Part shown: in pieces, positions 1 to 11,700 of the stretch
Layout: every line of letters starts with the position of its first letter
Position numbering within the stretch: position 1 is the first letter of the stretch
Source of the DNA: Callorhinchus milii
Taxonomy: Eukaryota
Assembly: GCF_018977255.1 (NCBI RefSeq)
Contig: NW_024704743.1
Span: 76,572,001 to 76,636,000, forward strand
Direction: 5' to 3'
Length of the DNA: 64,000 bases
The notes under the pieces: generated by a model
Database searches by the model: none
Told to the model about the DNA's origin: nothing
The model's input: the letters and a program-made list of their open reading frames with translations, nothing else
Program-made: the position numbers and the translations under genes

Positions 1-300
1 CTCCCAAGTCCTACCGATGAACCAGTCTGCTGGTCTGCTATCATCAGTGCCTAGAGTTTTATAGACCCACATGGCTCAGGAACTGGATTACCAAGACCAC
101 CATAGAGAGCCGACTTGATTCCAACATTCCATTGCGAAGCCTGTCACCTTGGAGCCAGTTCAGCTCCAAGGTGATGCACTTGGCATAGTCCGTGCCAGAG
201 GCTCGGTACATCATGCTGCTGGTTAAGGGAGTCCACCTAAGACCTGTGGTATAAGCAAGGCAAAGCCCTATCGAAGGGCACTATAATTTGTTTTCCTTGA
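1..300. repeat. Unclassified interspersed repeat (related copies at ~20215-20530 same orientation and ~25250-25560 inverted)
   Basis: Shared blocks gtcctac(c/t)gatga, acccacatggctca.gaactgga, gacttgattc and ccttgg.gc.agttcagctcca. Confidence 0.65.
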
Positions 301-839
301 CAAAGTGACTTCAGTGGGGCTTTCTGTAAAAGCACAAAATCAAAATCAACACATAGAATTTGACAACAACCTGGTAGTTGGACAAATTTTAAGTGTGGGA
401 AGCTTAATCTGTACAGGAGGCTGGGGGTATAATGCTTCTGGTTAGGGTAGGCAAGGCAACCCTATATCAAAGGGCACTATAATGGGTTTTCCTGTATTTG
501 TCGAAGAAGCAGCAACTCATCATTCAAGATTAACTGGTGAGTGCAAATATGTGTAGGAAGAGAAGCTGTGCTTATCTGCTGCAGATCAAGAAATACGTTC
601 AAAATGTTGCCGAAAACCTGAATCACTATCAATGTGTTTGGAAAAGCACCATGTTTAAATGGTGACAGCAAAATGTGCACATCAGGTTCAAGCACCATTC
701 GTGCTGCCATCTCTTTATGGGAAGTCATCATAACCAACTTTGAAAATTGGTGCAGTGCTGCAAAGAGACATTGTAAAATGTAATTCAGTAACTGAATCTG
801 CTTGAGAGTACTAACTATACCATTCTCTTTCCAATGCAG

Positions 840-1021
840 GGATTTGAAGTGTGTAGTGGTCACTTTAAGTGACAGTGGCCATTTACAATGCTCATATTTG
901 GGGACAGATCCTTCGCTATTTCAGGCTCCAAAAGTTGAATCGAGGGAATTAAATTATGAAGAGATGGATGGAGAACTGAAGGAATTGCAGAGAGTTATCA
1001 GGGAAGCTATAAAATCACAAG
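840..1021 (+). CDS. BBS9: BBS9 internal coding exon (182 nt; probably equivalent to human exon 10)
   Basis: TACTAAC branch point (809-815), pyrimidine tract and CAG acceptor; encodes DLKCVVVTLSDSGHLQCSYLGTDPSLFQAPKVESRELNYEEMDGELKELQRVIREAIKSQ, matching vertebrate BBS9 (TLSDDGHLQCSYLGTDPSLFQAP); donor G|GTACCC. Confidence 0.96.
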
Positions 1022-1288
1022 GTACCCAATGACTTGTGTGGTATAAGGGTCAATTTTGTAGTACCTTTTGATATTCATCACTTTAAATGGACCTGCATGT
1101 GATGGAGGTGGATCCCTCATTCCTAATGCAGTTTTCAAAGACTACAGGGGGTGGTTGCTGAATGGAGGTGGTTGTTTGAACAGTTTTGACTGTATATAAA
1201 TGTAATGTTGCTATTGTTGCAGAAAATGATCTTGTATTTGAGAAGATATTTGCACATTGTTTAGTTCTATTTTCTCATTTTCTTCCAG

Positions 1289-1362
1289 GTATTTTGCCTC
1301 AGATTAAAGAAGATGATTTGAACGTGACCATTCTGGTCTCCCCCAACCTGGATGAAATTCCT
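1289..1362 (+). CDS. BBS9: BBS9 coding exon (74 nt)
   Basis: ttttcttccAG acceptor; (G)ILPQIKEDDLNVTILVSPNLDEIP resembles BBS9 EDDLNVSVVVSPNFD; donor GTACGT; phase 1 to 0 fits neighbours. Confidence 0.92.
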
Positions 1363-1461
1363 GTACGTGAGATTCAATAACTAACTAAGGCATTTTATAA
1401 AAAGTAGGAAATGTAACTGGTAATGTGATTGGAGAAATAAAGAGAAAAATTATAAAATGAA

Positions 1462-1702
1462 CAAAACACAAAATACTGCAGATCCTGGAAATCTGAAACA
1501 AAAACAGAGAGAACTGGGAAAACTCAGCAGGTCAGGCAGCACCTATGGAGAAAGAAAAGTGAGTCAATGTATCGGGTCCACGACCCTTCATCAGAACAGA
1601 CCCAGTTCCGATAAAGGGTCGGGGACTCGAAACGTTGACTCACTTTCCTTTCTCCAAAGATGCTGCCTGACCTGCTGAGTTTTCCCAGCTCTCTCTGTTT
1701 TT
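1462..1702. mobile_element. Penelope-derived palindromic insertion with 13-bp TSD
   Basis: Inverted arms 1500-1597 and 1605-1702; TSD ATTATAAAATGAA at 1449-1461 and 1703-1715; its end matches the 3' end of the GIY-YIG fragment at 46500-46560. Confidence 0.85.
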
Positions 1703-1991
1703 ATTATAAAATGAATATGGGTTTGCAGTCGAAGTACTAAACTGTTATTTCCCACACATGACATAACACACTATGTGTTTGGACATCTGTTGTAGACAAT
1801 GGAAATAGTTCAGCAGCCAGAAGAGACTGAAACCACGTACTGTTTGATAATTAAAATAAAAATATCCCAACTATCTATTTCAATTCAATAGTTCTCATTA
1901 AATCAACCAAAACTAAATCTAAAAAACTAAAGAGTTTGTCTTTGAAATTCATAGTCATAAAAGACTAGGTATTTAGTGAGAAAAGATGCAA

Positions 1992-2234
1992 TAGGCAGGG
2001 TGAAACCTTGGACAAGTTTCCTTACTCCACACGCCTGATGATAATCCCTCAAAAAAAACAATAATAAATTGGTCATTTCAATCCATGACTGTTTGTGGGA
2101 CGCTGCTGGGCTCAATTGGCTGCCACATTTCGCCCACAAATATACAGTAAATTCACTTTACAGTCTATTCTGTGAAGCGCTTTGAGATGTCCAGAAAACG
2201 TGAAAAGTGCTATATCAAATGCAAGGATTATTAT
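1992..2234 (+). mobile_element. tRNA-derived SINE family A, 5'-truncated
   Basis: Body and tail match the full copy at 60425-60743; ends gctatatcaaatgcaaggattatta. Confidence 0.85.
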
Positions 2235-2439
2235 AATATCACAGCAAAAAGTTATCATTTAACAGTAAAATAGAGAGAGACTCATAGGTTGGCCAGGAAC
2301 TGCAACAAAAGTTTATGGAACCAGATAATGCTAACCTAGAATGCAACCTAACGTTAACTGAAAGGTGTGCTTTGACTGAATAATATCAAACTTGATGTAT
2401 AAAACTATAAAGTTCAGAAAGAACTTACAATTTTGTACC

Positions 2440-3685
2440 TCCTTATGTTGTCAAAATGTTTTGAAGTAATTCAGGCATGGTGTTGTTTGCAGGTAAATGT
2501 GGCAGCCAATTGCAACAGCAATGTCCCACAAACAATTTGACCAATTAATCTGAAGAATTAGTGGCTAGGACACCAGGAGAAACTCCCTTCTTATTGGAAT
2601 AGTGTCATGGATTATTTAACGTCCCCTGAACAGGAAGGCAGGTCCTCAGTTTAACAACTCGTCTGAAACAACAACAACAACAAGATTACATTTGTATAGC
2701 GCCTTTCACGTCGGGAGGACGTCCCAGGGCTCTGGACATTTCAGACCCGAGCTGGGGTCGGGGGGGTTGGGGGAGGGAGAGGAGGGGAAAGGGGGTGGCC
2801 GATGGCATGGTCGAAGAGGAGGCTCTTGAGGCGTGACTTGAAGGAGACTAAGGAGGGAGTGAGGCGGAGTGATTGGGGGATGGAATTCCAGAGGTTGGGG
2901 GCAGAGTGGCTGAAGGCTCTCCCGCCAATGGTGGGGCGGGTGGGTCGGGGGTCGTGGAGCAGGCCAGAGCCGGCTGAGGGGAGGGAACGGGCGGGTTGGT
3001 AGGGGTTTAGGAGGTCACAGAGGTAGGGTGGGGTGAGGCCATGGAGGGCTTCTTTGTATGTGAGGACCAGGATCTTGAACTGGATCCTCTGAAGGATAGG
3101 GAGTCAATGGAGTCGGGCGAGAGTGGGAGAGATGGGGTCACAGAGTTTGGTGCGGGAGAGGACACGGGGTTGCAGAGTTCTGGATTATCTGCAGCCTGTG
3201 GAGGGAGGAGTTGGGAAGGCCGACAAGCAGGGCGTTTGGATAGTAGAGCCTGGAGGTGATGAAGGCATGAACAAGAGTTTCAGGGACCTGAGGGGTGAGG
3301 TAGTAGCAGAGTCGGGTGATGTTACGGAGGTGAGAGAAGGCAGAGTGGGTCATGGCTTGAATGTGGGGGAGAAAAGACAGTTGAGGGTCAAACAAGACAC
3401 CGAGGATCCTGACTGGTTTGGTGAGTTGAAGTGTGCAACCATGGAGGTTGATGTTGCCAGAGCCTGAGGTGCTGAGGCGCTGGCCCGAGCCAATCAGGAG
3501 GGCCTCAGTCTTGTTCACATTCAACTGTAGGAAATTTGCCCTCATCCAGGTAGAACCTCTAACAAAGCAGTGCTCTCACAGTACTGTACAATAGTATGAC
3601 TATTAGCTGAAATTCCGATGTGAGGCTTGAATCCACAACCTTCCATCCTTTAGGCAGAAGTGATACCAACTGAGGCCAAGCTAAT
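2440..3685 (-). mobile_element. DeuSINE-type SINE (family B) split by an L2 insertion
   Basis: 2440-2666 matches the Deu-domain and tail; 3551-3685 matches the 5' part and tRNA head seen in the copies at 37395 and 56600. Confidence 0.7.
2667..3550 (-). mobile_element. L2-clade LINE 3' fragment
   Basis: ORF 3138-3545 (NFLQLNVNKTEALLIG...LVHAFITSRLYYPNALLVGLP...LQIIQNSA) is a typical L2 ORF2 C-terminus; (TTG)n tail. Confidence 0.92.
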
Positions 3686-3797
3686 GTTCATACAGTGATT
3701 AATACTTTTGTGAGTTTACTATAACGGACAACTAAAAGTTGTTGTGGCTACTGCAAATGGTTGTTTCTATAAATACTGTACTTTGCATTCTTTACAG

Positions 3798-3848
3798 CAA
3801 ACTACTGATAATGAGGTAGACACAACGATTCCTTCAAATGCAATAAAG
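3798..3848 (+). CDS. BBS9: BBS9 coding exon (51 nt)
   Basis: tctttacAG acceptor; QTTDNEVDTTIPSNAIK resembles BBS9 QATDVEVGTDLVPSVTVK; donor AAG|GTATTT; phase 0-0. Absent from the ORF track. Confidence 0.88.
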
Positions 3849-4054
3849 GTATTTTTCATGCTTTAATTTTCAGTACTGTAACACTTCGAGAAAATATGAA
3901 CATTTTAATGTTCTGTAAAATGACTGTAATAGATTTCACCGAATTGCTCTAATGCATAATTGTTTTGCAACTGTAGCACTAGCACAATCATAAACTTATT
4001 ATCTACAACCAATTTTACTTTTTACATTTCTATTCAGTTGTTTTTTGGGCAATT

Positions 4055-4370
4055 TTAACCTTCAAATTTTCTTCCCTTTCCTTGAAAGCATTATTGGCTC
4101 CCTTTTCCTTCCACTAGCGCTGTTTCTACTCTGGTGACCTATCCCAACTTGCCATTGTTCATTCAAGCTGAGAGTTGTTGGCATTCTATTTGAAAGAACC
4201 GGAGAAAAATCACAACTAATCCCGTTCTGCCCTCACTCACTGTCCATATAAGGAGCTCCCAACAGGGGTCTCTGAATAGTGATCGCAACGGGAACCTGGG
4301 CTTGAGTTTTGAGGTAATTTGTAGCGACCCCCACCTACTTATTGTCTTCATCTGCCAAGCCATTGGGGAA
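4055..4370. repeat. Old unclassified SINE-like repeat (related segments ~32975-33250, ~36155-36480, ~44020-44295)
   Basis: Recurring degenerate blocks such as cca.caggggtc...gaata..gatc and ggga.cctggctga. Confidence 0.45.
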
Positions 4371-5548
4371 ACTTAGGTTTCTTATCAAATACACCAGGAA
4401 ATACAAGTGTTGCAACTGTACAATATTCTATTTCTATTCTGATGTCAGTAAACAACGTTAACGCAGGGTAGTGTTCCCTGAGTGCTTATCCATGTGAAGT
4501 CCCTCACAGAAATCTTCTGTTCAACAGAAGGACAATCCATTGTTTAATTGGATATACTTCACATTCGAATGAAATGAGATCATAAATAATCAATAGCTAA
4601 CAAAAATAGTTTTCATCAAAATGTTTTCACAAACTACTCCTGGCCATAGTACAAAACCTGACCAAGGCTGAAAACAGTAAGACTAGGTAAGACAAATGAA
4701 ACGGTATGTAGACGTGAAGCATTCAATTCAAAAGCCTTTAGATTATAGGAAGAAGACTGACTTTAGGTAGAGTCCCAAGAATAGAAAGAGTAGAAGGTAC
4801 TGCAACAAGTTTTGATTTTAACTTAATGATTTGGTGCAATATAAGAATTCTTTATAATATATTTTATTATATCTAATTTTTGCTCTTTATTAAGCCATTA
4901 AACCAATAAAATTTTGTCTTGTTTTTTACAGTCATATTCCACTTTCCTAAAATTTTGTTTCCCATTGCTTTGCTCCATTTTTGCTATCACTCCTTGTTTT
5001 GGCACCTTTGAAACACTTCACGTAGCAATGTCTAATTTTTCCACAGAGTGAATGATAATGTTTAACTCTAAAAGGAGTTATATTCTCTGCAAAAGGTGGA
5101 GAGCTCAGAATCAATTGAAATTTAGATATAGGTTGGACTGGTATAAATTTTAGGTTTCATTTAAGTTGCAAATAAAACACAAGTCACACTCATACATTGA
5201 TATGAAGCCAAAGCTCAGCCACAAAATATACAGTCAGTTCACTTTACAATATATTCTGTGAAGCGCTGAGACGTCTTAACAACATAAGAAGGTGCTATAT
5301 CAAATGCAAGGATTGTTGTTATTATTAAGGTGCTGGTTTTGTAAAGCTATTCTGTTTCTTTTAAAGAACAAGTTTAGCATCTGCTGTGAAATATGTTGCA
5401 CCCCCTCCCACCCAGATTTCAGAGTACAGTGCTCAAAAGTAGATGAAATGCTCTGGATTTTGTACTTTTGAGTAATTGCATAAAATAACTCGTATTCCAC
5501 AATGAAATATTCTTCTGTTGTAATTCATTTTTTTATTTTTAAAACTAG

Positions 5549-5651
5549 GTTACAATTTGGAGCAGACTTGCTGTTCAGAATGTGAAATTATCTGTATGTG
5601 TGCTGCCTCCACTAGCAGTAACACAAGACAAGTTCACGTTTGCTGAAGTGG
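5549..5651 (+). CDS. BBS9: BBS9 coding exon (103 nt)
   Basis: TAG acceptor; VTIWSRLAVQNVKLSVCVLPPLAVTQDKFTFAEV resembles BBS9 KLSVYVQPPL...DQFTF; donor G|GTAAGT. Confidence 0.92.
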
Positions 5652-5856
5652 GTAAGTATGTTTTCTGATGTAGACATCCTGGTAATCTTCTGTATGAAAG
5701 CACTTTGTTTTGGAAATCTACAAGTTTGTTTGATGTGTTTGAAAGATATGGAAATTACCGGAAAACATTCAAATAGTTGCTAGAGAGGAGAGTTTCATTG
5801 TATCATTGAATTGATTTGAAACCTATGGAGTGAAATTCCACTAAGTGGTAGATCGT

Positions 5857-6213
5857 GGAGTCCTGTAGTTTAGTGATTAGATCACTCGCCTCACAAGCAA
5901 GAGAATCTAGGTTCAATTCCTGGGCAAGGCAAAACATTGGTCAAATTTCCTTATTCCACACGCCTCTGTTTCTCTAGCAGTAGCCTGGTTGTTGGTTGGA
6001 TCGCTTTTCTAGGGGCAATAATCCCTTAAAAGAAAATGATAATAATAATTTGGCACTCAATCCATGACAGTTTGTGGGACACTACTGTGCGCAATTGGCT
6101 GCCGTGCTTCGCTCACAAAATATACAGTCAATTCACTTTACAGTATATTATGTGAAGCTCTTTGAGACGTCTCGAAGATGTGATAAGGTGCTATATCAAG
6201 AAGGATTATTATT
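5857..6213 (+). mobile_element. Full-length tRNA-derived SINE family A (long variant)
   Basis: Head GGAGTCCTGTAGTTTAGTG... with box B GGTTCAATTCC and a CAC anticodon-like loop; ~55 nt internal segment absent from other copies; shared tail. Confidence 0.85.
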
Positions 6214-6851
6214 TTATCTCACTACCTCTTTTCTGACTTCAAAAATTTCCTTGAAACGTCTCTGATTATTCCTTTGATTAACATCTTTGAGATCTCTTAT
6301 TTCCATGATTTATGTCCACCACTACATTTGTGAAATATCTTGACATGTTCTTTCATGCAAAGGTGCTATGTACATGTGAGGTTTTGTACATCATTGAATG
6401 TAAAGTTATTGGAAAGTAGTTCAACTGCTTTATTTTTTCTCGTTCCATGGCAATAAAGTGTTGTTTAAAATGTAGTTTTCTGTGTGTGTGTATATATATA
6501 TTATTTGTATCATGTGCCATGTGTAAATGCACGTGTTCAGAGGGAACTACAGGTGTTATTAATAATTTAATCCAATTGTTTTTTATCCTAATCGATTTAA
6601 TCTGGTAAGAATTTCATGTCTGGAATTAATAATAATAATCCTTGCATTTGATTATAGCATGTTATCACATCTTCGAGACATCTCAAATTACTTCACAGAA
6701 TATACTATAAAGTGAATTAACTATATCTTGTTGGTGAAACAGCTATCTAGCTTTAAATATCCATTATTTTAAACATTCTATAGGAAGGAAAATTATTTTT
6801 CATGTCAGATCCCAAGGGGAAAAAAATGTTTCTTTTTGCATGCTTTCACAG

Positions 6852-6956
6852 AAGCTGGAACCTCAAGATGTGTAATACTGTCTGTTTTCCTGAAAAGAAG
6901 TTTCCCACCTGCTGAGCTGGGAGGAGATGCTGCAGTATCATACAGCACACAAACAG
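6852..6956 (+). CDS. BBS9: BBS9 coding exon (105 nt)
   Basis: tttcacAG acceptor; (E)AGTSRCVILSVFLKRSFPPAELGGDAAVSYSTQT resembles BBS9 SVYLKRSYTPSELEGNAVVSYS; donor CAG|GTACTG; phase 1-1. Confidence 0.93.
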
Positions 6957-7479
6957 GTACTGCGGCTTTCTCTTTGTTAAACAGTGCGGAATGTGAAATT
7001 GGCAACATGGGATTTTATCCAGTCTGGCAACTGATCTGTATAAAGTCTGGAACTAAACACCAAAAGTCAGATTTAAATTTAATGGTTGTCTACAACATAT
7101 AAATTCAGACCAGATTGAAACAAAAGTATCTTAAAGATGTGCACACTAGCAACAAAGGTAGTTTGCGTAATGTGACATAAGTACATTTCCATAAGGACAG
7201 AAAGTTATAAATGTTCTGAGACTTCACTTTATACAATGCAATACAAATTTACATTTATATAACATCTTACTATACAGTTAGGATTGAGAAAGTAGAATAT
7301 AAATTATTGAAGCAGGCGTTTAAACTTGATTTTATGGGTTTGAAAATCATGCAATGTGTGAAAGAAACTCAGGCTTCTGGCTTTCACAGTGAGTTTATTT
7401 ATATGGATCCAGAGTCTTTTCAATGGGAATGTTTTTGAAAAACTTAGTAGATGACAAAGTTGTTGCTGTGATTTCTACA

Positions 7480-7790
7480 CATAATTAGATACTGTATAGC
7501 ATTGGAACACCCTAACCTGACCATCCCAGTGTATATATATATTCCACATGAAGCTTCATTCACCCTAATCCCTCATTGCCCTCTATTCCATTCTTCCTCA
7601 TCAAGACTTTTCTTAAACATCTTTAATGCTTTCTGCTTCAACTACAGCTTTTGGCAGTGAGTTCCATATTTTCACCACCCTCTGTGTAAAGAGGTTTTTC
7701 CTAAACTCTCTTTTAGATCTGCCAGTGGCTATGACTATGGCTATCTTATATTCATGGCCCCTTGTTATGGACTACCAGATTGCCAGGTCT
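7480..7790 (-). mobile_element. CR1 LINE 3' fragment
   Basis: Similar to 47205-47520 (ttcaccaccctctgtgtaaag...). Confidence 0.65.
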
Positions 7791-7959
7791 AGTTTCAAGC
7801 AAGGAGACCATTTCAGCATTGAAAACTGTTGATTGCTATTGAGAATGTTTTATCAATGTTTAATTTAATATGTGAAAAAACATTGTATGGCTAGTGAAAG
7901 GCACCTTAAGCATGCACAATGTTAAACATAAAAATCAATCCTATAATTTTTCACATACA

Positions 7960-9032
7960 CTGGACACTATTTTGCATGCTGAATGTGTCTCAGACATGGG
8001 TTGCATGGTTGTATTTTAATGAAAATTGATCGTGAATGTGTTTTACCATACAACATGGACCATCTCTCTCTTGTCTGGTTTGGTTCAGAAAGCATGTGAA
8101 TAGAGCATAAGAATGCTTTGCACAATGTGAGATTGCAGAGCTGGAGGTGGTTTGAATGAAAAATTGGTTTGAGTGATCAATAGAATTAATAACAGCAGAA
8201 AGGTTTGTGGAGGATGACAAGATACATCCTCACATGCCTTTTCATAAGCATACTCAGAGGAATGTGGTTGGAGTTTAAAAAGAAACTCTGGGAGTGGTGG
8301 CTGATAATAATGTTTTCAGTGTTACTAATCAAATGGAAATGCACTCTGTAAAGAAAAGAACAGACAAGATCCTCTCAAGCGCAGCCTAACCTGTGTGGGT
8401 AGTTATGAACAGGAATATACCACCTATGTAAGATGAGATATTTAATATCATCTGACTACCTGGGTCAAAGTAACTAAATTCCTGGACTTTGTGAAAAGAG
8501 TAATGAATGAAGTGTCAATGAGTTTGATATACCTTAAAACATGTGTGTGGATCATCAGGGGAACATACAGACCTTGCCAGCAGAGCTGGCATTGCATTAC
8601 TTAACAGGATTTTTTTTAAAACTGAACCCAGCCCCCACTTTAAAAACTACCCACCAGTGTCATTGGGGAGGAGAACACAAGAATGGATGAGTGGAGACCT
8701 TGTGGTTGAATGGATAAAGAACATCTGGTGTCACCTCAAAGGAGAAATATTGATTCCAGAGCTCTTGCACTGGATGCCCACAAGCTGGACGGTGTTAAAA
8801 CTGTCCCAAGGCTAACACACATACGAGCTGTGATGTCCGGAAGTATATCCAGGCTTCCTAAGCTGCTGGATATAGCAGTTATGAGGCCATTGGAAGTGAT
8901 GGCCAGGAAGTTGTGGTGTGTATATTTTCACCACAGGTGTTTTATATTCCAGGAAGTAGGAGTTGCATAATGTGAGCAGTGATTTTTAAAGAGGAGAAAA
9001 AGCTCACGTTATATCTTGTGCATAGTACAGTA
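7960..9032 (+). mobile_element. Degraded pogo/Tigger (DDE_1) DNA transposon
   Basis: Fragments WMSGDLVVEWIKNIW, ALALDAHKLDGVK and AVMSGSISRLPKLLDIAVMRPL parallel pogo transposase motifs (WM....WL..VW; LVLD...H; IPGG.TS.LQPLDV.VN.PFK); frameshifted; boundaries approximate. Confidence 0.7.
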
Positions 9033-10009
9033 TGTACAAAAACTATAATATATTAAATGTAGAGAGATACATTTTAGTGTGTTAATAACAATTATTTGGG
9101 ACCAGGAAAATAAAATGTGCCTTCTGTGAACATTATGGATCAGTTAATCATGTCAGTAGGATTGAAAGCTGCAGTAATTTTATGATCGCATGACTGTTAT
9201 AGAATGAGTGAACTAATTCTGCATCATGGATAATTAAAGGTAGAATAATTTTCAAAAATATTTAATTCAATTCTTAAGAACTTGTCCATGGTATCCATTT
9301 GTTTTAAAATAATTGTTGATGTGATTGTATTTCTTCTGACAGAGGGCAGCAGATGCTTGGTGAAATAAATATGTAAAGGATTCTTACATGACCAGATATC
9401 ACATTTGTATTTCATGTTTGCACATTAGTCTGTGATTACTGAGACTTAGAATTGAAGAATACTATAATCTGATCTGATAACTCAAGGGCGTTTCAGCTTT
9501 GCATTAGCCCCTTGATGAAATATTCTTCATACAATGTTCTGTTTATACTAGAATTTTTTGATGAACTTTTAAATATTTTTATTTAAAATTTAAAATTGGT
9601 TTTGTTCTCCACAGTTTTACGTCATCTGCTTCCATTACTTATTTTCCAGGGCAAATTGAGAGATTTAGAAACACCACTGAAAAGATAACAAGGGGGGAAA
9701 GAATCAATTCAGTTATGGTACAGTATAGCATGTGGGATAACAATATAGGGCAACTTAATTATGAGTCGCCTTGGTTGAGCATGGATCTGCTTACAGCACG
9801 GGTGAATTGCAGATCCTGTGGTTCACCCACCTCCAGCAAGCCACAGCTGACTTCAGTTCCTGCATGTTATATACTATGCACAGGAGGCGATGTCAACAGT
9901 GACCAGATGATCCACAAAGCAGCCATTTTTTTTTAACGTGCATCATTTTAACCTGGAGAATGCGTTTATAGACTCAGACTACCTGGTTAATACAGTGTCA
10001 TGCTATATA

Positions 10010-11700
10010 ATTGACTGGAGTTCTGAGAAACAAAATAAAGACATTCACAGTATTGGGTTGGTTATGGTGCAGAACTAAGTCAAAGGATGCAAAGGTTATG
10101 GTATCTGGTTTTCTTTCAGAATTGTCTAAAACATGGAACGAATGAGCTGAATAATTGACCTTAATGATTTGAATTAGGGATTGGTGGGTGCAGGAGGGAG
10201 TGAAATGTATAAATAACTTGTGCTTTTTCAATCAGAAGGAACTTTTACAGGAAAAATGGGCTGCACATAATTAGATTGGGAGCAAAACTATTGTTCAAAA
10301 TATAAATAAAGCAGTTGGAGGGAATTTTTTAGAAAGTAAGAATGAGCTGAGGTCTGGAGGTGATCAGGAGGGAAAATGTTGCATTTGAGGATAAAGGGGA
10401 AATGTAATCAACAAAAACTAAAATGAGAGAAGGAATAATATGTTGAAGAATAAGATCAAATGTTTTCATACTGATGCAAAGAACACTGCAAATAAACTTC
10501 TTGAATTAGAGCCACCTGCAGCCATCGAAAGAAAACACTGACTTTATTGGGTAGGATCAAAGAGTCATACCTGAAAGTGCAAGATGGCCATGAGGTGGAG
10601 GTATAAGAATTTTGCAAGTTAGATTTATGAAGCTTGGTGAGATTATTGTTCAAGGAAGACATTGTAGCTGTTAGGAGGGGGGAATATAACTGGAGAGAGA
10701 AATTGCTGAAGTAATCTTGATAAAACTTAGCAATAAACGCAACAAAATAGTAATTGGCAGCCTGAAGCGACCTCCACCACCACCATAACAACAAATTGTA
10801 TTTATATAGCGCTTTTTATTATGAGAGGATGGCCCAAAGTACTGGACAGTCAAGGATTTGCACCCAAGCTGGGAGTTGGATTTGGGAGTTGTGGGGACCA
10901 AAGGGGTTACAGAGGAGGTAAGATAACCGAAGGTACGGTCAAAGAGGAAGGTCTTCAGATGAATCTTGAAGGAGGCAAGGGAAGAAATTAGGTGAAGTAA
11001 CTCTGGGATGGAGTTGCAGAAACTGGGGTAGATAGGCTTAGAGCCCAACTGCCGATGGTCGAGTGGACTGGGCAGGGGATGTGAAGCAGGTCAATGTTTG
11101 CTGAGCAGGGGGTGTGAGTGAGTTGCTAGAGTTTAATAAGATTGCAGAGGTAGGGTGGAGTAAGATCGTGCAAGAATTTAAAAGTGGGAATGAGAATATT
11201 GAACTTAATCCTCTAGGGATGAGAAGGCAGTGGAGTCAGGCGAGGACGTAGTTGATGGGCTTTGTGGAGCTTAGTGCGGGAGACAACACAAACTGCAGAG
11301 TTCTGGTTGGTCTGTATCTTGTGAAGGGAAGAAAAGGGAAGTCTGGTGATCAGAGAGTTGACATAGTCTAGCCTGGACGTGATGAAATACAAGCTGAGCA
11401 AGCAGATAGAAAGTTGCTTGGGCAAGTAAAAGAAGCCACAGGAAACTGTAATATGATAATCACGAGGGAAGTAAAGTAGTCAGACCAGGGACAGCCAGAG
11501 GGAGAAGTGAATATACAAGATGTTTCACAGAAGTAATCAGCAACTTTTTCTTAGCAAATGTGAAGCAGAGTATGAGAGCAGATGCTACATTAGGTTGAGT
11601 GTTTAGCACGCCACCAGAACTGACCAGCAACTTGGGAATGGGGTAATACTTGGGCTGCAACAAACATTTTATAGTTAGATTTGATAATTAAACAAACAAT
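10010..11700 (+). mobile_element. Degraded CR1 endonuclease region interrupted by an antisense L2 (~10785-11420)
   Basis: Decayed G.C.RPP, LD.VF and LG.SDH-like motifs flank an L2 3' fragment (ITSRLDYVNSLI; SLASFKIHLKTFLFD). Confidence 0.65.

Noticed and set aside
477..863. 128-aa minus-strand ORF
   Set aside because: No recognisable homology; overlaps the BBS9 intron and exon antisense; consistent with chance.
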